A DNA stretch of 64,000 nt from Hyphomicrobiales bacterium (GTDB lineage Bacteria > Pseudomonadota > Alphaproteobacteria > Rhizobiales > Aestuariivirgaceae). Numbering within the stretch: the stretch's first letter is position 1; the number at the start of each line of letters is the position of its first letter. The DNA lies in assembly GCA_016793355.1 (NCBI GenBank), contig JAEUMG010000084.1, positions 24,376-88,375 on the forward strand. Direction: 5' to 3'. Of the stretch, positions 28,357 through 36,219 are shown in pieces. The notes below the pieces were generated by a model that did no database searches, was not told the DNA's origin, and worked only from the letters and a program-made list of their open reading frames with translations. The position numbers were made by a program, and so were the translations under genes.

Positions 28357-29301
28357 ATGGATCTCGTCTTCTCAACGGACGACTATGTTCAGTCCGAACG
28401 CTACAACGCTTGGCGTGACGCCATCTGCGACGTCTATGTGCATGTCGACGTCGCGGCGGTCGATCCGGAGCGGTATCGCGGCTTTATCCGGGAGGCCAAG
28501 TTCGGCGAAGTGGTGCTCACCGACATCCTCCTGTCGGAGCAACGCATCAGGCGCAACAACCAGCACATCTCCAAACTGGATAAGGACTGTTACTATCTGC
28601 AGCTTCTGCACAAGGGCAGCGTAAGCGTCCTTCAGCGCGGCGAGACACACCGGTCGAACCCGGCGCGCGGCGCGATCTTCTCTGCAACCGAGGAGTATGA
28701 GCTCTATCCCCAAGGTGAAGTGCGCTCGTTTTATCTCGAGCTCCCGCGCGATGAGTTCGCGCATCGCTTTCCTCGCGAGCGGATTCCGGTGTCGGCATCG
28801 CTCAACACCGCACAAGGGCTCGGGCGCATTGCCACCGAATTCTGCGCTTCGCTCGCCACAGAAGGCTCGAAGCTTGACGCCCCCTTGCGCGCCGGCCTCG
28901 GTAACCAGTTGATGGATATGCTTGCCTTCGCGCTGCTGACGTCGGAAGGCGATATGCCTGCGGCCGAAGGTTCGGTGAAGAAGGCGCGTCTCATGCACGT
29001 GCAGCAATGGATCGAGGCGCATATCAGGGACGCCGATCTCACACTCGAGAAGGTCGCCAGCGCCAATGGCATGTCGCTTCGCTATCTGCACGCCCTGTTC
29101 GAGGGCTGCGAGATGTCGGTTTCCGAGTGGATCTGGAACCGCCGCTTGCAACTCGCCTATGACAGCCTCGCAAGAGGCGGTGGGCGTTCAATCACTTCGA
29201 TCGCGTTCGATCATGGCTTCAACAGTTCGGCGCATTTCAGCACGATGTTCAAACGCAAATATGGGCTGTCGCCCAGAGATGTGGCCCGGCATATGCCGTA
29301 A
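28357..29301 (+). CDS. AraC family transcriptional regulator (AraC_binding_2-type N-terminal domain)
   Basis: C-terminal double HTH (LEKVASANGMSLRYLHALF; IAFDHGFNSSAHFSTMFKRKYGLSPRD); start at ATG 28357 (MDLVFSTDDY). Confidence 0.85.
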   Translation: MDLVFSTDDYVQSERYNAWRDAICDVYVHVDVAAVDPERYRGFIREAKFGEVVLTDILLSEQRIRRNNQHISKLDKDCYYLQLLHKGSVSVLQRGETHRSNPARGAIFSATEEYELYPQGEVRSFYLELPRDEFAHRFPRERIPVSASLNTAQGLGRIATEFCASLATEGSKLDAPLRAGLGNQLMDMLAFALLTSEGDMPAAEGSVKKARLMHVQQWIEAHIRDADLTLEKVASANGMSLRYLHALFEGCEMSVSEWIWNRRLQLAYDSLARGGGRSITSIAFDHGFNSSAHFSTMFKRKYGLSPRDVARHMP

Positions 29302-29384
29302 TGATCGTCCGCCACAAAGTCTTATGGCAGTGAACTGAGCCCTGCAAGCTTCTCCAGATTCGGGCAAAGTCCGGCTCCCAGTGA

Positions 29385-29850
29385 CGCTTGTTTGGAGTGC
29401 GCCCCTGGGGGTGGACAATTATCAGGCCGCTGATTTGTCAGTCTGCCGGATATATCGATCCTCGAACTGCTGCGGGCTGAGACAGCCGAGCGCCGAATGG
29501 AGCCTGAATTTATCGTAGACCTCCCTGACTACGTGGGGAAGATGCTCGACGGCTTTATCGAAGATCTCGAAGGCCATCGGGTAGCCCGCCTCGACCTTCG
29601 GCGTTTTCATGAAACTTTCAACCTTGGCATTATCGTAAGGATTGCCTCTGCGGCCCATCGAAACTGTCAAGCCTTTTGTTCCCAAAGCTTCGCGGTAAAT
29701 CTGCGAAGCGTATCGGGAGCCTCGATTGGAATGATGAGTTCAACCGGACGGCGGCTGGCGCCGTCCGATGGCCGCCTTCAAGGCCGCCTTCGCCAGCGGC
29801 GCATCTGTCGAACGGCCAATGGCGCACCCGACGATCACGTGATCCGCCGG
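29385..29850 (-). mobile_element. IS3-family transposase (rve/DDE domain) 3' relic with an in-frame stop, plus probable terminal inverted repeat
   Basis: Translation ...AIGRSTDAPLAKAALKAAIGRRQPPSG*THHSNRGSRYASQIYREALGTKGLTVSMGRRGNPYDNAKVESFMKT...HSALGCLSPQQFE. Stop codon at 29740-29742 where Leu is expected. TGACGC...GTGGACA end-like sequence near 29385-29421. The N-terminal two-thirds of the IS are absent. Confidence 0.75.
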
Positions 29851-29851
29851 A

Positions 29852-31024
29852 TCAGAGCACCTCGAACAGGCCGGCTGCGCCCATGCCGCCCCCGACGCAC
29901 ATCGTGATCACCACATGCCGGACGCCGCGCCGCCTGCCTTCGATAAGAGCGTGGCCGACCATGCGTGCGCCCGACATCCCGTAGGGATGGCCTATCGATA
30001 TCGCGCCGCCATTGACGTTAAGCAGCTCATTGGGAATGCCAAGCCTGTCCCGGCAGTAGATTACCTGGACGGCGAATGCCTCGTTGAGTTCCCAAAGTCC
30101 AATATCGTCCATTGCCAGACCGAAGCGCTGCAAAAGCTTGGGCACGGCAAAGACCGGGCCGATTCCCATTTCATCCGGCCTGGTGCCGGCGACCGCCATG
30201 CCCACATAGCGGCCGAGCGGTCGAAGCCCCTTCCTTTCGGCGATGCCTGCCTCCATCAGGATGCAAGCGGCCGCGCCGTCCGAAAGCTGGCTGGCATTGC
30301 CCGCCGTGATATTTCCCCTCTCCCTGACCGGTTTAAGGTTCGATAGCCCTGCAAGGCTGGTGTCGGGCCTGTTGCCTTCATCGGCCGACAGCGTGACGGT
30401 CTCGCGCGTTGATTCCCCGGTTTGCCGATTCACGACCGATTTTGTGGCTGTCACAGCCACGATCTCATCGCGAAAGCGCCCCGCGGTCTGCGCGGCCGCG
30501 GTGCGCTGCTGCGACTGCAGCGCATAGGCGTCCTGTCTTTCGCGCGAAATGCCATACCGGCCGGCGACCACTTCCGCGGTATCGATCATGGCCATATAGG
30601 CATCGTCATGCATGTCCACGAGTTCGGGATCGGCATGGGTGCGCAATTCAGGCGTCTGCACGTGCGAGATCGACTCGACCCCACCCGCCAGAACGATGTC
30701 CATGCGGTCCACGATAATCTGCTTTGCAGCCGTTGCGATGGCCATCATGCCCGAGGAGCATTGGCGATCGATCGTCATGCCCGAGACTTCGACCGGCAAG
30801 CCGGCGCGCAATGCCGCCGTCCGGCCGATGGTGTGCTGCGATCCTTGGGGTAGAGCGCAGCCGATGATGCAGTCGTCGATCTCTCCCGGCTCAACTCCCG
30901 CGCGTTCCACCGCGGCGCGAATCGCGTAGGCCGCAAGGGTCGGCGCCGATGTCGCGTTAAAGGCGCCGCGATAGGCCCGGCCGATCGGGGTCCTCGCCGT
31001 AGAAACGATCACAGCATCACGCAT
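29852..31024 (-). CDS. acetyl-CoA C-acetyltransferase / 3-ketoacyl-CoA thiolase
   Basis: 390 aa from [20 protein letters not shown]; active-site [38 protein letters not shown]. Confidence 0.9.
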   Translation of the reverse strand: MRDAVIVSTARTPIGRAYRGAFNATSAPTLAAYAIRAAVERAGVEPGEIDDCIIGCALPQGSQHTIGRTAALRAGLPVEVSGMTIDRQCSSGMMAIATAAKQIIVDRMDIVLAGGVESISHVQTPELRTHADPELVDMHDDAYMAMIDTAEVVAGRYGISRERQDAYALQSQQRTAAAQTAGRFRDEIVAVTATKSVVNRQTGESTRETVTLSADEGNRPDTSLAGLSNLKPVRERGNITAGNASQLSDGAAACILMEAGIAERKGLRPLGRYVGMAVAGTRPDEMGIGPVFAVPKLLQRFGLAMDDIGLWELNEAFAVQVIYCRDRLGIPNELLNVNGGAISIGHPYGMSGARMVGHALIEGRRRGVRHVVITMCVGGGMGAAGLFEVL

Positions 31025-31203
31025 CTCAACCTGCTCCCTTCTCGGCATTCCCGACTTCGGGTCTGCCCTCTCTCTTGCCACCGTGCGGGACGGGCAATCC
31101 GGCCCGGTCGACAATCTCCGACCATGAGGCCAAGATCAACTCGGGCAGGTCGATTCCGTCGCCCGAGGGTCTGCCCGGTATCGGCAATTAGCGTCACATG
31201 GAC
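30322..31203 (-). repeat. copy B of the duplicated SDR-3'end/thiolase-5' segment (partner 17188-17911)
   Basis: Nucleotide alignment by eye; same CATCTCA stop/start junction as copy A. Confidence 0.8.
31026..31203 (-). pseudogene. degenerate remnant of the SDR 3' end
   Basis: Aligns at nucleotide level (more diverged than the thiolase part) with 17741-17911, the C-terminal ~57 codons of the intact SDR; no upstream SDR body present. Confidence 0.55.
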
Positions 31204-31255
31204 CCGCTGAAGGTATTTGTGCTTATGGCTTTATCCGGAACATGGCGATGCGGAT

Positions 31256-31956
31256 ATGCCTGAGTTTGCTCTTGATACAAGGGAATCGTGCGCCCCAATG
31301 CCAGCGTCCGACGTGTTGCGCCTCTCGGCCTTTGGCGCCGTCATGGAGATTGCCTGCAACAGCCCCGAGGTGCTGGATGCATGCTCAAGCGCTTTGCCCT
31401 CCTACTGGAAGGGGGTGGAGGGCACGCCGCCTGACATGCGGTTCGCCATTGAGAAACTGACCGGCATACCTGACGAGGACGCACGCTTCCTGTTCCTGGA
31501 GAACGGCGCCCGGCTGACCGCCGGCATTACCGGTGCGCAGGCAAGCCGGCTTCTCGCCAGCCGGATGGACTATCACATGGGTGCCTATGCGCGCCACTGC
31601 GCCTTCATCCACGCTGGTCTTGTCCTTCATGAAGGGCGCGCGATTCTGCTTCCGGGTCTCAGTCGCGCCGGCAAGAGCACGTTGACGGCCGCGCTGGTGC
31701 GCGCCGGCGCCAAATATGTTTCAGACGATGTGGCGGTGATCGGCGGCGATGGCCGCGTCCACCTGCTCACGCATCGCATGACTCTGCGCCAGGATATGGC
31801 CGGTACCCTCAGCCCACCGGCAGGCGAGCACCAAGCGGCCCTCCGCGAAGGATCGGCACCTGTCGGTGCAATCCTGGTTCTCACCTATCAGGAAAGCGCG
31901 GGACCGCTTGCGTGGTATCCGCTCAGTGCGGGTGAGACCGTGCTCCGGCCGCACAA
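31256..31956 (+). CDS. HprK-related serine kinase-like protein; reading frame appears disrupted near 31.94-31.96 kb
   Basis: FIHAGLVLHEGRAILLPGLSRAGKSTLTAALVRAGAKYVSDDV resembles the HPr kinase C-terminal P-loop core. The frame runs on to 32278, but that tail is Arg/Ser-rich and overlaps a frame with much better codon usage. Confidence 0.6.
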
Positions 31957-32382
31957 ATGCGGGCCTATGTTCCCGGAAGCCCGGCGGATGCGGCGGCCTT
32001 TGCGGGCGAGCCGCTCGTCCTGCCGGCAGAAGACGGCGAGCCAGTCCTGCGCTGCGAGCGGATCATCCAGTGGTATAATCTCAACGGCGCGTTCCAGACC
32101 GCCAGCTACTGGAAAAGCGGCGAAGGCAGCTGTTTGGTACTTGAGCAAGTCCACCGGCCGTCTTCGATACCGGAGGTCGACGGCTTCGCCGGCGAGCGCG
32201 TCGATCTGGACGATCGCCGGTCGGCGCAACTCCACGCCATGCCGGCGTCAGATCGCTCCGTCGGGACAGTTGTACTGATCGAGCCGCTAAGCAACAGGCG
32301 CTGGCTGGCGTACCGAGCCAGCGGCATGGACAGGGACGCGGTCCTGGCCATCGCACGGAACTGCATACCCCGTGCGGGCTGA
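31957..32382 (+). CDS. unknown protein or frameshifted C-terminal part of the HprK-like gene
   Basis: 141 codons with about 78% G/C at third positions by hand count, versus poorer usage in the competing frame; no family recognised. Confidence 0.45.
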   Translation: MRAYVPGSPADAAAFAGEPLVLPAEDGEPVLRCERIIQWYNLNGAFQTASYWKSGEGSCLVLEQVHRPSSIPEVDGFAGERVDLDDRRSAQLHAMPASDRSVGTVVLIEPLSNRRWLAYRASGMDRDAVLAIARNCIPRAG

Positions 32383-32386
32383 AGAC

Positions 32387-33571
32387 ATGATGTCATCGTC
32401 CGACAATGATCCGGTCCGCGCTTGCCTGCGCTGGGATGACGCCGGCGACCGCGCGTTGCGCGGCCTCGATGCGTCGGGCTGGCTGGCGGTGATGGAGGTT
32501 GTCCGGCGACGGCACGGGCAAGCCCTGCTGGCCCGACGCCTGTCGCGCGCGCCGGACCTGACCGTGCCGGAGGATGTAGTGGAGGAGCTGCAGCGCTACA
32601 AACTCGCTGTGGCTGCGCGGGCGCTGGCGGGGCTCGCCCGGCTCGCGCCCGCGGTTGAGGCGTCGGGTGTGCCGGTAATGGCGCTGAAGGGCCTTGATCT
32701 CGCAAGCCGCATCTATGGCGATTTCGGAAGCCGGCCGATGGGCGACATGGACATCCTGGTCCGGCCGGAGCATGTGGGAAAGATGGCGGCGGCCCTGCAG
32801 GCCCAGGGCTTCCGGGCGTGTTCAGCCCTGCGGCAATCCTCCCATCACCAGGTGTTTTACTCACCCCTGCCGGGCGGCCTGCCGGTCGAGCTGCATTGGG
32901 CGCTCGGCTGCAATGCCGGTCAAACCGACCCGGCGGAGCTGCTCGAAGCAGCGTGGCGGGAAGCGGAGCAGATCGACATCGCCGGTTCTCAGTTTCTTGT
33001 GATGAACCGGCAGCATCTGCTGCTCTATCTCTGCCACCATCTAGAGCGGCATCTGTTCAATACGCCGCTCACCCAAGTCTGGGATCTGGGCGAGATCCTG
33101 CAACAGGCGGGTACCGGTTTCGACTGGCAGCGTTTCTGGGAGCATTGCGACCGGTACGGTCAGCGCAAGGGTGCGCAAGCCGCAATGCATCTCGCTGCAG
33201 CCTGTCTCGGCATCCGGGTTGGCACCCCGCCCTTACCCCCCGAAGTGCAGGACCTGCTTCCCGACATTGCCGCCAATCTCGGGCGGTATCCCCAGAGTGA
33301 GGCAAGAGAGCCAAGTGTGGACCTTGTGCTGCTCTTCGGCGCGCGAACGCCGCTCTCGATCCGCTGGCGAATCCTGCGCCGGACACTGTTTCCTTCGCGC
33401 CGCCTGCTGGCCGAGGCGGGTGGCGGCGGGGCCGGGCCGGCTTCCTACGCGGCGCTTTGGTGGAAAGTGCTGACCAATTTCGCGCGCAAGCGGATATTTG
33501 CGCGGATCGTTGCTCCGCCCCTGCGAACTCGCTCCAGCCGCGCCGCCAGGCTGAGCGAATGGTTGCGATAG
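32387..33571 (+). CDS. nucleotidyltransferase family protein (NTP_transf_5-like, Pol-beta fold)
   Basis: 394 aa from ATG 32387; GSRPMGDMDILV = hG[GS]x(n)DxD NTase motif; overall resemblance to the 'uncharacterised nucleotidyltransferase' family that accompanies HprK-related kinases. Confidence 0.75.
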   Translation: MMSSSDNDPVRACLRWDDAGDRALRGLDASGWLAVMEVVRRRHGQALLARRLSRAPDLTVPEDVVEELQRYKLAVAARALAGLARLAPAVEASGVPVMALKGLDLASRIYGDFGSRPMGDMDILVRPEHVGKMAAALQAQGFRACSALRQSSHHQVFYSPLPGGLPVELHWALGCNAGQTDPAELLEAAWREAEQIDIAGSQFLVMNRQHLLLYLCHHLERHLFNTPLTQVWDLGEILQQAGTGFDWQRFWEHCDRYGQRKGAQAAMHLAAACLGIRVGTPPLPPEVQDLLPDIAANLGRYPQSEAREPSVDLVLLFGARTPLSIRWRILRRTLFPSRRLLAEAGGGGAGPASYAALWWKVLTNFARKRIFARIVAPPLRTRSSRAARLSEWLR

Positions 33572-33605
33572 CCCTATTCCGCGAGGCGTCGCTTTGCCGG
33601 CAATC

Positions 33606-33968
33606 CTACTTGTGCTTGCCCAAATGCTCCTTCAGGTCGAGACGAACGGCAACGGCGGCCGTCGCGATCACCGACGCGCCGCCGCGCTCCCTGTCGACCA
33701 CATCCAGGCCGCCCAACACCACGTTCACTTTCACTTGGCCATGCGGGAGGGATGCGCCCACGGCCGCCGCGTCGACACGGTCCGGCTGCTGCACGCCGAT
33801 CGTCACTTCGATCTGCATGGTCTTCGGATCGACGTCGAGGCTCCTGAGAAAAGGAAGCGCGCTGTGATGGATGCAGTCCTGGACCGCGCGCAGCGCGGCC
33901 TTGGTGTAGTCGCCGCCATGCATGTCATTGCCATGACCCATTTCAAGGATAATGCGTTCAAGCGCCAT
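33606..33968 (-). CDS. Lin0512 family protein
   Basis: 120 aa; canonical GxGxDxHG motif (GHGNDMHG) followed by GDYTKAA. Confidence 0.75.
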   Translation of the reverse strand: MALERIILEMGHGNDMHGGDYTKAALRAVQDCIHHSALPFLRSLDVDPKTMQIEVTIGVQQPDRVDAAAVGASLPHGQVKVNVVLGGLDVVDRERGGASVIATAAVAVRLDLKEHLGKHK

Positions 33969-33971
33969 GAC

Positions 33972-34319
33972 TCACGTCTCCGGAATGTCGAGATAGACGG
34001 TGGCCGCGGCATTGGCCATGACGGTGAGATTGGTGCCCGCGTCGTTCATGATCTCCAGACCGCCCTTGACGACTTCAATCTTGCCCCTGCCGTGAGGCAG
34101 CACGGCAAGAACGGCGTCCTTGTCAACAAGCTCCGGTTTGGGGACGCCTATGCTGACCTCCACGACCATGTCATCGGCGGTCCGTCCGACCGCTGCGGCG
34201 ATGGTCAGGGAATTGTGCCAGAGGGCGTCGCGCAGGGCACGCACCGCCGCCTTTGTATAGTCGGCGCCGGTCAGGTCGGTGCCCATCCCGATCTCTACGA
34301 TCATGCGTCTGAGTGTCAT
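33972..34319 (-). CDS. Lin0512 family protein (diverged motif)
   Basis: 115 aa from MTLRRMIVEIGMGTDLTGADYTKAA; paralogue of the downstream gene with His replaced by Thr in the motif; 3-nt spacer to the next gene. Confidence 0.7.
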   Translation of the reverse strand: MTLRRMIVEIGMGTDLTGADYTKAAVRALRDALWHNSLTIAAAVGRTADDMVVEVSIGVPKPELVDKDAVLAVLPHGRGKIEVVKGGLEIMNDAGTNLTVMANAAATVYLDIPET

Positions 34320-34490
34320 GCGTTCTCCCTGCACATGCTCCGCACGACTCGGCGGGCCGGAGCAAGATAGCGTCAATCCGGCTCAGTCTCACCCCCGCTT
34401 CGACAGACAGCATTGACCGGCACGCAGCCGCTATTGCCCGGCCGGGAATGGCAGGGATGCCGAATTCCGATGGGGATGGAGCGGCGGCCG

Positions 34491-35240
34491 TCACGACGTG
34501 TCGAGCTCCGGGTGCAGATGGTGGGCCAGCCAGTGGCACTCTTTCAGGATCTCATGAACCTCATGGGTGGGCCGCTGACGCCAGCCCGGCGGCCGGCCGG
34601 TACGCAGGGGCGATTCGCGTCGCGGGCGGCGCTGTTCGACGGGCTTGGCCCGCCACCGCGCCAAGCGCATCGCATGGCCCGGCAGGTCTTCCAGCGCGTT
34701 CTTGATGGCAAAGAGACGGCGGCAGAGATGGACGGCATTGACGGTATCGTCTTCGATCGCCTGATCCTCTCCGGCTGCCGGGCCCGGCCTTGCGGGCGCA
34801 GGCCGCGGCCGGAGGAACGGGGGAATCCGCGGATCGATGCCAAGATCGAGGACGCGGATACGGGGCTCGACGCGTACGTGTTCGCGCCGCCCGCCGAGGA
34901 GCCGGATAACATTGCGGGGCGGATCGAACAGCCGGAAGGCCATGCCGCGCCGGCTTTTGTTTCCGCCCGGGCCGCCGCACTTGTCCTTGCCGGAGACTCC
35001 GGACTTCGCCCGCGCCGCGCCTTGCGGCGAAGGCTCCAGCACGATGTCGCGCGCCGCCGCGAAAATCAATCGCCTGACCGCCGATTCCGCCACCCGCAAA
35101 ATGCCCAGCACCTTCCGGTAGAGCGGCTTGGGCAATCTTTCGATCATCCCGCCTTCGGTAAGTCCGATCTCGGCGAACAGCGCCATGATGAGACCCAAGA
35201 GCGGTCCGCGATGACGTTCGATTGCAGAATGCATGTCCAT
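34491..35240 (-). CDS. conserved hypothetical protein (Arg/Pro-rich centre, FRLFDPP and RPPGWR motifs)
   Basis: 249-aa ORF with structured N- and C-terminal parts; no family name recalled; the antisense 659-aa ORF is rejected. Confidence 0.6.
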   Translation of the reverse strand: MDMHSAIERHRGPLLGLIMALFAEIGLTEGGMIERLPKPLYRKVLGILRVAESAVRRLIFAAARDIVLEPSPQGAARAKSGVSGKDKCGGPGGNKSRRGMAFRLFDPPRNVIRLLGGRREHVRVEPRIRVLDLGIDPRIPPFLRPRPAPARPGPAAGEDQAIEDDTVNAVHLCRRLFAIKNALEDLPGHAMRLARWRAKPVEQRRPRRESPLRTGRPPGWRQRPTHEVHEILKECHWLAHHLHPELDTS

Positions 35241-35252
35241 GCAGCCTGCTTA

Positions 35253-35267
35253 GAACACAAAACGAAC
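35253..35267 (-). promoter_or_regulatory. candidate alphaproteobacterial LexA (SOS) box GAAC-N7-GAAC
   Basis: GAACACAAAACGAAC on the + strand (GTTCGTTTTGTGTTC on the gene strand), 13 nt upstream of the ATG at 35240 in a 126-bp intergenic region. Confidence 0.35.
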
Positions 35268-35366
35268 TTAGTCAAGTTAAAAATAACCCTCGCCTGCTCG
35301 AAGTCATACGAAGCCGGCCGGACCGGCGTGCCCGACGTGACCGGTTCAAGCCTTTTGCATCTCGCT

Positions 35367-36209
35367 TCAGGACGCCAGAAAGGCCGCTACTTCGGCGTTA
35401 AAGCGCCGCGGATTTTCGAAGAACATGAAATGCGCTCCGCCCTCGTCTTCCTCGAAGATGGAGACGCGCGCATCGGGATTGTGCGATGCGATCCATTCCT
35501 GCGATTCGGCGGAAAATATGCTCTTGCGTCCGCCGATCACCAAAGACGGAAGGCGAGTCGTTTCAATGACATCGCGCCAGTCGCTGAGACAATGGTCGAA
35601 GAGGAGATCGGCCGCGGCGGCACGCGGCATCTTCAGATTCTCTTCGGCGATCCAGCGAAGATCGGCTTCCGGCAGCTTCGAGGTGAACATGCCGCGGAGG
35701 ATGCCCATCGTACCCTCCACAGTGGAGGTCGAGCGAACCGTGTCGCAAAAGCCGGCGACGGCCTGGATGTCCGGCAGCAAGCATCCATACTGCTTTCTGT
35801 GCGCGTCAGACCAGTCAGGCAGGGCGGCAACCATCGGCGCCTGGTCGACAATCACGAGTTTTCTCAGCTTTCGAGGGCCGAACAAGTCGAGATAGCTCCA
35901 GATAATCGAGCTTCCCATCGAGTGCCCGAGGAGATCGACGTCATCGAGTTCGAGCGCCTCCATGACTTCGAACAGGTCCATCGCCAGCCTCTGGATACGG
36001 TAGCCCCCCTTCGGCTTCATGCTTTCGCCGTGGCCGCGCATGTCCAGGGCGATGACCCGGCGATCCCTGGCCAGCTCGTCAACATTGCGGCCGAACTCGG
36101 CCGCCGATTGCGACCAGCCGGGAATCATGAGGAGCGGCCGACCCCTGCCCGCCTCGAGGGCACTCAGCGTCAAGCCGCTCGAAGTCCCGACATCTCTTCT
36201 TGTCGCCAT
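35367..36209 (-). CDS. alpha/beta hydrolase
   Basis: 280 aa; HG oxyanion region (MIPGWSQS) and nucleophile elbow GHSMGS. Confidence 0.8.
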   Translation of the reverse strand: MATRRDVGTSSGLTLSALEAGRGRPLLMIPGWSQSAAEFGRNVDELARDRRVIALDMRGHGESMKPKGGYRIQRLAMDLFEVMEALELDDVDLLGHSMGSSIIWSYLDLFGPRKLRKLVIVDQAPMVAALPDWSDAHRKQYGCLLPDIQAVAGFCDTVRSTSTVEGTMGILRGMFTSKLPEADLRWIAEENLKMPRAAAADLLFDHCLSDWRDVIETTRLPSLVIGGRKSIFSAESQEWIASHNPDARVSIFEEDEGGAHFMFFENPRRFNAEVAAFLAS

Positions 36210-36219
36210 TGCGGAACTC

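Noticed and set aside
31888-32235. 115-aa minus-strand ORF considered as a possible PqqD-like partner of the HprK-related kinase
   Set aside because: It lacks the PqqD pattern, lies antisense to the frame with the best codon usage, and has no start or Shine-Dalgarno context.
32106-32864. 252-aa Pro/Ala/Arg-rich minus-strand ORF
   Set aside because: Low-complexity translation antisense to the 141-codon ORF and the nucleotidyltransferase gene. It is a typical GC-driven artefact.
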